A DNA stretch of 64,000 nt from Marinilabiliales bacterium (GCA_007695015.1 REEN01000060.1:294-64293), one strand, 5' to 3'. Shown: positions 8,785 through 17,609, counted from the first letter of the stretch. Numbers and translations are program-made. Notes: generated by a model from the letters alone, not told the origin.

Positions 8785-10926
8785 ATGCATTATTTTTACG
8801 TATTGCAAAATCGCAACCGGGTGAAAAGGGAACTTTTTCTGCTCCTGTTTTTTGTAATTCTTGTACCGGCAGCCATGCCGGCAGATCAGGCCGTGCATTA
8901 CACCCAGTCCTATATTCTTGAAAAACCATATTTGCCGGGGGTCCGGGGCTACTCGGGAGACCGCCAGCATGCGAGGGCCGGCGATTATGCTGATCCCGTG
9001 AGGGCCAGGGTAGTTGACCGGGATGGGAACCCGGTGGTCGGTATACCGGTAATTTTCGAGGTGGTGGGCTATCCTTCGGGAGGAGGCGACTACAGGATCG
9101 ACAACAGGATGGTCCCTACCGATACCGGCGGGATAGCAGGGGTGAACTTCAGGCTGGGTTCTTCAGGGGGTGAATATCAGCTTATTGCCCGGATAAGGTC
9201 GGCCGACGAAGAGAACGTACAGCTCTATACTTTGTTTGCGAGAGAACCGGATTGGCTGGTGTTTCTCTTCGTGGGACTTGTCGGGGGACTCGCCCTGTTC
9301 CTCCTTGGAATGGAGGTGATGAGCAGGGGTATGCTGCGGTCGGCAGGCGACAAGATGAGGACTATTCTGAGCAACCTCACCAACAACAGGTTATCGGCGA
9401 TGGGACTGGGTGCCTTCGTCACCATGGTTATACAGAGCAGCAGTGCGACCAATGTGATGCTGGTAAGCTTTGTCAACGCCGGATTGATGAAGTTCAGGCA
9501 GACAATAGGTATCATACTGGGTGCTGCGGTCGGCACTACGGTCACTGCCCAGCTCATTGCATTCAAACTTACCGACTATGCCCTGGTGTTTGTTGCGCTG
9601 GGCTTCGCATTACACTCTTTTTCAAACCGCGAAAAAGTCAGTAATATCGGTGAGGCCGTTATGGGGTTCGGCATCCTCTTTTTCGGAATGCATATCATGT
9701 CTGATGCCATGTTCCCCCTGCGAAGCTTCGACCCCTTCATCCAGCTCCTGCTGAGACTGGAGAACCCGCTTCTCGGCATACTGGTCGGGACCCTGTTTAC
9801 TGCACTTATTCAGAGCAGCTCAGCCTTTGTGGGGATTATGATAATATTGGGGACCCAGGGGCTGATAAGTCTGGAGGCATCCATACCGCTGCTTTTCGGA
9901 TCGAACATAGGTACGGCCGTCACGGCGATGATCGCTTCGGTCAAGGCTGACCGGGAGGCCAGAAAGGTGGCCCTTGCAGTAACCCTGTTCAAGGTATTCG
10001 GGGTTCTGCTTTTTATCTGGTGGATCAAACCTTTCGCTTCGGTTATTGAAACCATATCTCCTGGAGGGCCTGCAGGGGCAGACGAGATGGCCGTGCTGGC
10101 CGAGGTCATGCCAAGACAGATTGCAAATGCACATACCGTTTACAATGTGTTCGTGGCACTGCTGATTCTCCCCTTTACAATCAGCCTTGCAAAGTTCGTT
10201 GAGTGGATCATGCCCGTGAAAAAGAGAGCAGAGCTGCCGGCATTCAAGGTCAACTACCTGGATGAGAGCATGCTGAAAACACCTGTAATGGCTCTCAGCC
10301 TGGCCAAGAAAGAGACAATGAGAATGGGCGAAGTGGTGCATGAGATGGTCACCTCCATATTGGCTGTATTTATTTACAAGAATTCGGCTGCCATGAAGGT
10401 TATCGCTCAGCGCGAGGAGAAGGTTGACTTCCTGCGCGACCAGATAAATGCCTACCTGCTGAAAATTAACCGTGCCGGAACAATGGAGGAGAGGGCAAAC
10501 GAAACCTTCCAGATACTTTATACCGTCAAGGAGCTTGAACTGATAGCCGACGTGGTGTCGGGTCCGATACACAAGAAGGCTGATTACTGGATAGCATCAG
10601 GCTACAACTTCAGTCCCGAAGGCAAGGCTGAGCTTGAGGAGTATCACCAGAAGACCTGCCGGCAGTTAAAAAGGGCCCTGGAGGTGTTCAGGGAGCTTGA
10701 TATGGAGAAGGCCGCCGAGATGAAGAAAAAGTACAAGGAGTACAGGATGATGTCATTTGAAATGGCAAGGCTGCACTATGAAAGGATGCAGCAGGAGGCC
10801 GAGGATACGCTCATGAGCTCCAAAACCCACCTGGAACTGATGGCTATGCTTCGCAATATCAACAGCCACGCCACCAATATAGCAAGGATCCTGCTTCAAT
10901 GGCATGACCACACACCTGATGATTAA
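8785..10926 (+). CDS. Na+/phosphate cotransporter family protein (NptA-like core with PhoU-like C-terminal repeats) carrying an N-terminal signal peptide and Ig-like domain
   Basis: 713 aa. Core 'LFLLGMEVMSRGMLRSAGDKMRTILSNLTNNRLSAMGLGAFVTMVIQSSSATNVMLVSF' and second repeat 'GTLFTALIQSSSAFVGIMIIL' are typical Na/Pi cotransporter QSSS repeats. The C-terminal ~200 aa is helical and PhoU-like. The N-terminal ~150 aa ('ADPVRARVVDRDGNPVVGIPVIFEVV...TDTGGIAGVNFRLGSSGGEYQLIARI') looks like a bacterial Ig-like (Big_1-type) domain. Confidence 0.85.
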   Translation: MHYFYVLQNRNRVKRELFLLLFFVILVPAAMPADQAVHYTQSYILEKPYLPGVRGYSGDRQHARAGDYADPVRARVVDRDGNPVVGIPVIFEVVGYPSGGGDYRIDNRMVPTDTGGIAGVNFRLGSSGGEYQLIARIRSADEENVQLYTLFAREPDWLVFLFVGLVGGLALFLLGMEVMSRGMLRSAGDKMRTILSNLTNNRLSAMGLGAFVTMVIQSSSATNVMLVSFVNAGLMKFRQTIGIILGAAVGTTVTAQLIAFKLTDYALVFVALGFALHSFSNREKVSNIGEAVMGFGILFFGMHIMSDAMFPLRSFDPFIQLLLRLENPLLGILVGTLFTALIQSSSAFVGIMIILGTQGLISLEASIPLLFGSNIGTAVTAMIASVKADREARKVALAVTLFKVFGVLLFIWWIKPFASVIETISPGGPAGADEMAVLAEVMPRQIANAHTVYNVFVALLILPFTISLAKFVEWIMPVKKRAELPAFKVNYLDESMLKTPVMALSLAKKETMRMGEVVHEMVTSILAVFIYKNSAAMKVIAQREEKVDFLRDQINAYLLKINRAGTMEERANETFQILYTVKELELIADVVSGPIHKKADYWIASGYNFSPEGKAELEEYHQKTCRQLKRALEVFRELDMEKAAEMKKKYKEYRMMSFEMARLHYERMQQEAEDTLMSSKTHLELMAMLRNINSHATNIARILLQWHDHTPDD

Positions 10927-11197
10927 TTGATGCTGCCTTCAATGGCACAACCGCCCCACTGATGATCAGTTGATGCTGCCTTCAATGGCACAACCGCCCC
11001 ACTGATGATCAGTTGATGCTGCCTTCAATGGCACAACCGCCCCACTGATGATCAGTTGATGCTGCCTTCAATGGCACAACCGCCCCACTGATGATCAGTT
11101 GATGCTGCCTTCAATGGCACAACCGCCCCACTGATGATCAGTTGATGCTGCCTTCGATGTCACAACCGCCCCACTGATGATCAGTTGATGCTGCCGT
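10884..11197. repeat. 43-bp tandem array (about 7 copies) bridging the stop codons of two convergent genes
   Basis: The unit 'ttgatgctgccttcaatggcacaaccgccccactgatgatcag' starts at 10927, 10970, 11013, 11056 and 11099 (identical) and at 11142 (2 substitutions). A partial copy at 11185 forms the last codons plus stop of the HAD gene. A ~80% identical copy (10891-10926) forms the last codons plus stop of the Na/Pi gene. Confidence 0.95.
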
Positions 11198-11849
11198 TGT
11201 GGTTTTCCAGGTACTTTTTGATGGCATCGAAATCGTCCAGCACAGGTGAACCTGTTGCCCTGAGGCGTCCCTTGCTCTGGTGCCCCTGCGCCAGGAGCAG
11301 GGTTGGTACGCCCAGTGCATCTGCCACCTGGTGGTCGTGAGTAGTGTCGCCTATCATTACCGTCTCGCCGGGATCCAGCTTATGGCGGTCAATCAGGTTT
11401 TTCCCGGCTTCAAGTTTGGAGTATGCATAATTGTCGGCTGTGCCGGTAATATCTTCAAAATAATGCCTTATTTCATAGTAATCAAGCAATCTTTCAAGTA
11501 ATCCGTGTTCCTGCGCCGAGAGGATAAATTGACTCATTCCCAGCCGGCTGAAGTGCTCAAGTGTGCCTGCTGCGTCTTCAAAGAGGCGCGCCTCCGGATA
11601 GCGCTGGTTGTAAAGTACAACAAACCGGTCGGCGGGTACCTCAAAGGGCTCCTTTGAAAAGTCAAAACCTATCTCAAGAAGGTAATCCCTTATTGGAAAG
11701 GAGAACACCTCCCTGTAGAGTTCCGGCGAAAGCCGTGGCAGGGAACGCTCATCAAGAAGGCTGTTCATGCAGTCGATACAAAGTTCCATGTCGTTGAGAA
11801 GGGTGCCGTTCCAATCCCATAAAATATTCTTTATCCTTCCGTTTTCCAT
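11181..11849 (-). CDS. HAD-superfamily hydrolase (phosphoglycolate-phosphatase-like subfamily)
   Basis: 222 aa. Motif I 'ILWDWNGTLLND' has Asn in place of the second Asp. Motif II is 'ILSAQ' and motif IV is 'MIGDTTHDHQVADALGV'. Confidence 0.8.
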   Translation of the reverse strand: MENGRIKNILWDWNGTLLNDMELCIDCMNSLLDERSLPRLSPELYREVFSFPIRDYLLEIGFDFSKEPFEVPADRFVVLYNQRYPEARLFEDAAGTLEHFSRLGMSQFILSAQEHGLLERLLDYYEIRHYFEDITGTADNYAYSKLEAGKNLIDRHKLDPGETVMIGDTTHDHQVADALGVPTLLLAQGHQSKGRLRATGSPVLDDFDAIKKYLENHNGSIN

Positions 11850-11867
11850 ATAAGAATCTGGTTATGG

Positions 11868-12068
11868 TTGTCTCGCCCGGGGCCCTGTTTATCACCGGAG
11901 GCGGGAGTTGTGTATACTGCCCGCCCTGTTTCGCGTCGGTGGCGGGAGTTGTGTATACTGCCCGCCCTGTTTCGCGTCGGTGGCGGGAGTTGTATATGCT
12001 GTCCGCCCTGTTTCTCGCCGGTGGCGGGAGTTGTATATGCTGTCCGCCCTGTTTCTCGCCGGTGGCGG
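11868..12068. repeat. 41-bp tandem array (4 full copies in an AABB pattern plus degenerate flanks), each unit containing a hairpin
   Basis: Copies at 11900 and 11941 are 'ggcgggagttgtgtatactgcccgccctgtttcgcgtcggt'. Copies at 11982 and 12023 are 'ggcgggagttgtatatgctgtccgccctgtttctcgccggt'. There is a partial copy at 12064 and a degenerate copy at 11868-11899. Each unit has the inverted repeat ggcggg...cccgcc. The array lies between divergent gene starts at 11849 and 12191. Confidence 0.93.
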
Positions 12069-12146
12069 CTACCCTGAACCGGAGGGTAAAGATAGTTGTT
12101 TTGATCTTTTTTACCCGAACTGTTCGGTAAATTAGGATTGAGGTAA

Positions 12147-12154
12147 TATCTTTG
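12147..12154 (+). promoter_or_regulatory. Candidate -7 promoter box (TAnnTTTG)
   Basis: Exact 'tatctttg' match 37 nt upstream of the ATG at 12191. Confidence 0.45.
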
Positions 12155-12190
12155 GCTGAAGAGTAGCAATGTCAAACAAAATTATGACCT

Positions 12191-13372
12191 ATGGCTTTCA
12201 GTCTCGTTGAAGTGAAGGACAAAAAGACAGCTAAAGAATTCATTATGTTGCCTTTAAGATTGTACAGGCATGAGGCTGAATGGATCCGGCCGCTGGACAG
12301 TGATGTTGAACAGGTGTTTGACCCTAAGCTGAACAAATCGTTCCGCTCGGGCGAGTGCATCAGGTGGGTGCTGAAGGAAAACGGCGGAGAGACGGTTGGT
12401 CGCGTGGCTGCATTTTATGATAAAAAGGTGGCAGCACGGAGTGAGCAGCCTACCGGGGGCATGGGATTTTTTGAGTGTATAAATGACCGCGAGGCGGCAT
12501 TCAGGCTGTTTGATGCCTGCAGGGAATGGCTTACCGGGAAAGGGATGGAAGCAATGGACGGCCCGGTGAATTTCGGAGAGAGGGACCGGTGGTGGGGACT
12601 GCTGGTAGACGGGTTCTCAGAGCCTAACTATCGTATGCCATGGAATTTCAGGTATTACAAGGACCTTTTTGAAGAGTACGGTTTTATGAACTATTTCAAT
12701 CAGTACACTTTCCGGCGGTCGATCAGCATCGAAGGTGTAAATCCCGTTATCATGGAGAAGGCTGAAAGGGTTTACCGCAATCCCGATTTTTCGTTCAGGC
12801 ACATCAGCAGAAAGGAGATGGATAAGGTAGCCGAAGATACCCGAATAGTATATAACCAGGCATGGGCCGGGTTTTCAGGTGTCAGTGAGATGTCAAAAGT
12901 CCATGCCAGGGCAATGCTGAACAGCTTCAAACCTATAATGGACGAGAGGCTGATCTATTTTGCCTACCATAAAGGGGAGCCGATAGGCTTCTATATAATG
13001 ATACCGGAGTTCAACCAGATCGTGAAGCACCTTAATGGCAGGCTTGATCTTATTGGTAAGATCAAATTCCTTTACCATAAATGGAACAGGACATGCAAAA
13101 AGGCATACGGGGTTATCTTCGGCGTTGTTCCCAGGTTTCAGGGCAAGGGTGTCGAGGGGGGCATGATAAAAGCTTTTGCCGATGTCGGAACCAAACCGGG
13201 CTTCCAGTACAAAGAGCTTGAGCTTAACTGGATAGGGGATTTCAACCCGCCAATGATAAAGCTGGCAAACCAGCTCGGGTTCAGCGTTGCCAAGACCCAT
13301 GTGACCTACAGGTACCTTTTCGACAGGGAGAAGGAGTTCAGGAGGGCGAAGATAAGGGGCAGGGAAGAGTAG
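12191..13372 (+). CDS. Conserved hypothetical protein, possible GNAT-fold acyltransferase
   Basis: 393 aa with clean coding character. 'GVIFGVVPRFQGKGVEGGMIKAF' resembles GNAT motif A (Q/R-x-x-G-x-G/A). No other motif recognised. Confidence 0.45.
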   Translation: MAFSLVEVKDKKTAKEFIMLPLRLYRHEAEWIRPLDSDVEQVFDPKLNKSFRSGECIRWVLKENGGETVGRVAAFYDKKVAARSEQPTGGMGFFECINDREAAFRLFDACREWLTGKGMEAMDGPVNFGERDRWWGLLVDGFSEPNYRMPWNFRYYKDLFEEYGFMNYFNQYTFRRSISIEGVNPVIMEKAERVYRNPDFSFRHISRKEMDKVAEDTRIVYNQAWAGFSGVSEMSKVHARAMLNSFKPIMDERLIYFAYHKGEPIGFYIMIPEFNQIVKHLNGRLDLIGKIKFLYHKWNRTCKKAYGVIFGVVPRFQGKGVEGGMIKAFADVGTKPGFQYKELELNWIGDFNPPMIKLANQLGFSVAKTHVTYRYLFDREKEFRRAKIRGREE

Positions 13373-13500
13373 CGACTGCAAGGTGCCGCCGGGGCGCCAT
13401 GTGGTTTACCGGATGCCCGGTTCCGGGGCAGGGAAGAGTGATGTTATGAGCCGTGGCGGCCGGTTGCCCTTTGCCGGCATCAGGTTGCAGGGGTGGGGGA

Positions 13501-14577
13501 CTAATGCCTGTAGACTATAGCGTTAATGTGCATGCCGGCTCCTACCGAGGCAAATATGACCACGTCGCCGGGGTTTATCTCGTGATCCTTGAGGCTGCCC
13601 TTCATTATCATATCGTAGAGTGTTGGGACGGTGGCCACAGAGCTGTTGCCCAGCTCGTGAATGTTCATCGGCATGACCTGCGCCACATCGGGCCTTATAC
13701 CGTATAACCTGTAGAACCGCTGAACTATTGCCTGGTCCATCTTCTCATTTGCCTGGTGAAGCAATATCTTCTTAACTTCGCCAATTGGTATGTCTGTCTT
13801 GTCAAGGGCCGCCTTCATGGCGTGTGGCACGTTTGAAATAGAGTATTCATATATCTTTCTCCCGTGCATCTTGATATAACGGACATTCGGGTTACTGTCG
13901 GGTGCGTTTGATTCTCCCAGGTACAGGTAGTAGGCCTCTTCAATGGTATTGGATACGGCAGCAGAGGCCAGAAATCCTTTTCTCTGGTCTGACTTCACTC
14001 CCTCAACCACTGCGGCGCCGGCTCCGTCGGAAAATATCATTGTATCGCGGTCGTACTTGTCCACTACCCTTGATAGTGTTTCAGCCCCTATGATCAGAAT
14101 TCTCTTTGCGAGTCCGGTGCGTATGAACGAATCGGCATGGATCACACCCTGTACCCACCCGGGACAGCCAAAAATGATGTCATAAGCTACGCATGAGGGG
14201 TTCCTGATACCGAGCATCTGTTTTACCCTGGCTGCAAGGCAGGGCAGGGTATCGGACTGGATAGTGTTCTGGAGTACATCGCCAAAATTGTGGGCAACGA
14301 TTATATAATCGAGTGTTTCAGGATCTATGCCCGCACTCTTAATTGCTTCACGTCCTGCGATGGCTGAAATGTCGGAGTTGCTCTGACCCTCCTTGACCCA
14401 CCTTCGCTCTGCAATACCTGTGATATCCCTGAACTTGTCCACCACAATCTCTCCGGGACTGTCAATCCTGCTCTTGTCTTTTTCAAAGAAGGTCTGGCGG
14501 GTAAATTCTGAATTGGATATCCTCACTGAGGGTATGTAGCTTCCTGTGCCCGTTATTATCGTGTTCAAATGCTCCAT
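13501..14577 (-). CDS. Beta-ketoacyl-ACP synthase III family protein (FabH-like)
   Basis: 358 aa. Catalytic-triad contexts are 'IIFGCPGWVQG' (Cys), 'ILLHQANEKM' (His) and 'HELGNSSVATVP' (Asn). Confidence 0.88.
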   Translation of the reverse strand: MEHLNTIITGTGSYIPSVRISNSEFTRQTFFEKDKSRIDSPGEIVVDKFRDITGIAERRWVKEGQSNSDISAIAGREAIKSAGIDPETLDYIIVAHNFGDVLQNTIQSDTLPCLAARVKQMLGIRNPSCVAYDIIFGCPGWVQGVIHADSFIRTGLAKRILIIGAETLSRVVDKYDRDTMIFSDGAGAAVVEGVKSDQRKGFLASAAVSNTIEEAYYLYLGESNAPDSNPNVRYIKMHGRKIYEYSISNVPHAMKAALDKTDIPIGEVKKILLHQANEKMDQAIVQRFYRLYGIRPDVAQVMPMNIHELGNSSVATVPTLYDMIMKGSLKDHEINPGDVVIFASVGAGMHINAIVYRH

Positions 14578-14798
14578 TGGGACTGGGTTATCGGTTCAAC
14601 AATCAAATCCGGGCGCGTAACTTCTGCCGGGGTCAAAAGACTTTTCAGGCAGCAAAAATATAATACTTTTTTTTAATCACCTGTCAGGTGTTGATAATTA
14701 ATCTGTTTTTGGGGATTTTGTGAATGAGATGCCGGTGGATTATACACCAAAAAAAATGTACTTTTACGCACTGAAAAGGGTATTCTGGTGAAACCTGG

Positions 14799-17579
14799 AT
14801 GACGATGATAAAAAGAATTCTTCTTGCTACCCTTATTATTACTTCCATTGCGCTTATCATAGGGGTTTGGATATTTTTTCGGGGGACTGCATTAACGGGC
14901 GGGGATCCTATCAGGGCAGTTGCTCCGGATGCTGCTGTGGTGATACGAACTTCTGATTTTCCCTCATTTGCAGATGCTCTTGAGAAAGGGAGCGATATGT
15001 GGTCAGCTCTGGAAAAGATAACCGGCAACCAATGGATCCTGACGGGTGTGAGGTACCTTGATTCTCTGATCGGCGCCAACCCTGACGCTGCAGAGCTTGC
15101 CAGGGACCGGAAATTGCTGCTCTCAATGCATCCATCGGGAAGGGACCGCTACCAGCCGGTATTTTATACTTCGGTGTCGGGAATGAGAGAAGTGTCTGAA
15201 CTGAAAGAGCTTGCCGGATCCCTGCTTGATGGCCGGGCCATGACAGGCGAACGGCTGTACAACCGTGTAAGGATCTATGATGTTACGATGTACGGTGATC
15301 GCCATTCTGGTAATTTCTCCTGGGCCGTTACCGAAGGTATTTTTATTTTCAGCTTCTCTCCTGTGCTTTTGGAAAATGCAATAGACCAGGTTGCAGTGGG
15401 CGACAAGATCTTCGATGACGATTATTTCATGAAAGTATATTCTTCAACAGGCAGGAACGTTGCTGCCAATATCTTTGTCAACCTTCGTAACCTGCCCAGG
15501 TATTTATCCACATGGAGCGGCGGAGAAATAAGGAATTCGCTGTTGCTTGGCGGGACCCTGGGTGACTGGGCTGAACTGGACCTGCACCTGCGTGCTGACG
15601 GGATGCTGATGAACGGGTTTTCAAGGGCATGCAGGGAAGGGGATAGTTATCTTGATCTGTTTAAGGGCCAGTCACCTGTAACTACTGGTGCTCTGCAGGT
15701 AATACCGGGTAATGCTTCGGCCTTCCTGGCCCTGGGAATGAGCGATGTGAATCTGTTTCATGAAAATCTGCGCAGATGGAATGGGAATAACGGCAGGCAG
15801 GAACGCCTGAGTAGACTGGAGGAAGAGTTCAGAACTACCGCCGGAACCGGATTCTTCCCGTTATTCCAGTCATTTATGGAAGGGGAGGTTGTAATGGTTA
15901 TGACCGGCTGGGAATCGCCGGGAACGGAGGGGGAATCATTCCTGATGGTACGGACAAGAAGCAGTTCACTGGCCGGGGAGGCTCTTGGCAGGGTTCTTGA
16001 TCATCATGCAGGTCAGCAGGGAAGAAGAAGGGATGACTATCGTGAGGTTTACAGGGTGGATAGTGAAACGTCATTCGACATTTTCAGGTTTCCATTTACA
16101 CAGACCGGCGAGCTGCTGTCAGGCAAGGCTTTTGGAACGGCCCAAACATTGTGGTACACATTTGTGGGCAACTACCTGGTCTTTGGTGAGTCGGTAAACG
16201 GCCTTTCGGAGTTCATACATGCCAACGTGCTTAACCAGACCCTGAGTGCCGACAGGCGTTTCAGGGATTTCTCGGGGTACCTGATGTCGCAGAGCAATAT
16301 GTGGTTCTATACCGATCTGCCAAGATCGGCCGGACTGCTAACCTGGTTACTGAGAGAGGATGTTGCCGGGAATATTGCAGATGATCCTTTACCGGTAAGG
16401 AAGTTCCAGGCGTTATCGGCTCAGTTCAGCGCCGACAACGATATGCTGTACAATAATATCTCGCTCAGATACTCCCCGGTGGTGACAGAGGAGCCACACA
16501 CAGAATGGCAGACCCTGCTTGATACGGTTATTGATTTCAAGCCTCACCTGCTGGTAAATCATAATACAGGGGAGAACGAGATATTCGTCCAGGATGAGAG
16601 GAACAACATTTACCTGATAAACCGCGCCGGTCGCATTTTGTGGAAAAGGCCGCTGCCCGGAAGGATATTGGGTAATGTATACCAGATTGACCTTTACAAA
16701 AACAACCGGCTGCAGATGCTGTTCAATACGAGCGAGCAGATATTCCTGGTCGACCGTAACGGTAATGATGTGGGCAGATACCCTGTCCGTCTTCCGTCGC
16801 CGGCCACCAACGGTATATCGGTTTTTGACTATGAGGGAAACAGGGACTACCGGATATTTGTTGCCTGTGAGGACCGCACTGTTGTAGTCCGTTCCGGTGA
16901 CGGGAACATTATCCCTGGCTGGAACTTCGGAAGGACCGAGCACAATGTCTATCATGAGATACAACATATAAGGTCGGGTGGAAGAGACTATATAGTATTT
17001 GCTGACAGGCACCGGGTTTACATTCTTGACCGCAGGGGTAACATCAGGCTAAGGCCCGACAAAGTGTTTCCCGTTTCAGGGCATAACAACATAGTGTTTG
17101 AGGGAAGAACACCGGCTTCCGAGCCCCGGATCACAATAACCGACACCCTGGGGCTGGTATGGCATATTGGTCTTGAGGGGACAACCGAGGTGGTGAAACT
17201 GGGAGAGTATTCTTCAGGACATTTTTTTGATTTCCAGGATGTGAATGCAAACGGGAAGAAGGACTATATCTTTATTGATGGTAACCGTCTGGATGTATAT
17301 GGTAATGACGGACTGCCGATCTTCAGTCATGAGTTCCCGTCTGAAATAACTCATGTGCCGGCCTATTACCACTTTTCAGCAAGGGACAGGAAAATCGGAG
17401 TTGTCTCACAAAGCGATGGGCAGATATTCCTTTTTAACGCGAATGGTGAAATCTACAACGGGTTCCCCCTCCGTGGCAGCTCATTGTTTACGATTGGTTT
17501 CTTTCAAACCGGACAGGGCAATTTCAACCTGATTGTCGGTTCTGACGATAACTTCCTTTACAACTACACTGTATACTGA
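14799..17579 (+). CDS. Large membrane-anchored hypothetical protein with C-terminal beta-propeller-like repeats
   Basis: 926 aa with an N-terminal TM helix 'ILLATLIITSIALIIGVWIFF'. The C-terminal ~350 aa carries a reiterated motif (IYLINRAGRILWKRPLPG / IFLVDRNGNDVGRYPVRLP / VVVRSGDGNIIPGWNF / VYILDRRGNIRL / LDVYGNDGLPIFSHEF / IFLFNANGEIYNGFPL) and one FG-GAP-like 'DVNANGKKDYIF'. Confidence 0.6.
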   Translation: MTMIKRILLATLIITSIALIIGVWIFFRGTALTGGDPIRAVAPDAAVVIRTSDFPSFADALEKGSDMWSALEKITGNQWILTGVRYLDSLIGANPDAAELARDRKLLLSMHPSGRDRYQPVFYTSVSGMREVSELKELAGSLLDGRAMTGERLYNRVRIYDVTMYGDRHSGNFSWAVTEGIFIFSFSPVLLENAIDQVAVGDKIFDDDYFMKVYSSTGRNVAANIFVNLRNLPRYLSTWSGGEIRNSLLLGGTLGDWAELDLHLRADGMLMNGFSRACREGDSYLDLFKGQSPVTTGALQVIPGNASAFLALGMSDVNLFHENLRRWNGNNGRQERLSRLEEEFRTTAGTGFFPLFQSFMEGEVVMVMTGWESPGTEGESFLMVRTRSSSLAGEALGRVLDHHAGQQGRRRDDYREVYRVDSETSFDIFRFPFTQTGELLSGKAFGTAQTLWYTFVGNYLVFGESVNGLSEFIHANVLNQTLSADRRFRDFSGYLMSQSNMWFYTDLPRSAGLLTWLLREDVAGNIADDPLPVRKFQALSAQFSADNDMLYNNISLRYSPVVTEEPHTEWQTLLDTVIDFKPHLLVNHNTGENEIFVQDERNNIYLINRAGRILWKRPLPGRILGNVYQIDLYKNNRLQMLFNTSEQIFLVDRNGNDVGRYPVRLPSPATNGISVFDYEGNRDYRIFVACEDRTVVVRSGDGNIIPGWNFGRTEHNVYHEIQHIRSGGRDYIVFADRHRVYILDRRGNIRLRPDKVFPVSGHNNIVFEGRTPASEPRITITDTLGLVWHIGLEGTTEVVKLGEYSSGHFFDFQDVNANGKKDYIFIDGNRLDVYGNDGLPIFSHEFPSEITHVPAYYHFSARDRKIGVVSQSDGQIFLFNANGEIYNGFPLRGSSLFTIGFFQTGQGNFNLIVGSDDNFLYNYTVY

Positions 17580-17580
17580 A

Positions 17581-17609
17581 AAGAGGCTGCCCTTTTCGGA
17601 CAGCCTCTT
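17581..17609. terminator. Hairpin terminator between convergent genes
   Basis: Perfect 9-bp stem aagaggctg / cagcctctt with an 11-nt loop, starting 2 nt after the stop of the 926-aa gene. Only a short U tract follows. Confidence 0.55.

Noticed and set aside
9820-10572. Long antisense or alternative-frame ORFs: 9820-10572(-), 16413-17012(-), 38323-39267(+), 50921-51637(+), 59754-60659(-), 34307-34870(+), 35420-36001(+)
   Set aside because: Each lies entirely within a confidently identified gene on the other strand or frame. Their translations are low-complexity or Arg/Pro/Cys-rich with no recognisable motifs. They are typical shadow ORFs in ~50% GC DNA.
10927-11197. Could the regular repeats here, and at 11900-12068, 29456-29727 and 54158-54302, be CRISPR arrays?
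   Set aside because: The units abut directly with no unique spacers between them, the copies drift like ordinary tandem repeats, and no cas genes are present in the window.
11831-12175. ORFs running through the tandem arrays (11831-12175, 11864-12130, 29485-29667, 29553-29807, 29689-30063)
   Set aside because: The repeat periods (41 and 68 bp) are not multiples of 3, so the frame changes from copy to copy. The predicted peptides are repeat artefacts.
14674-14702. Imperfect palindrome ttaatcacctg-t-caggtgttgataattaa in the fabH-like / 926-aa gene divergent region, as a possible operator
   Set aside because: Only the central 5-6 bp arms are exact, there is no second copy, and no regulator gene lies nearby. 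It is too weak to call.
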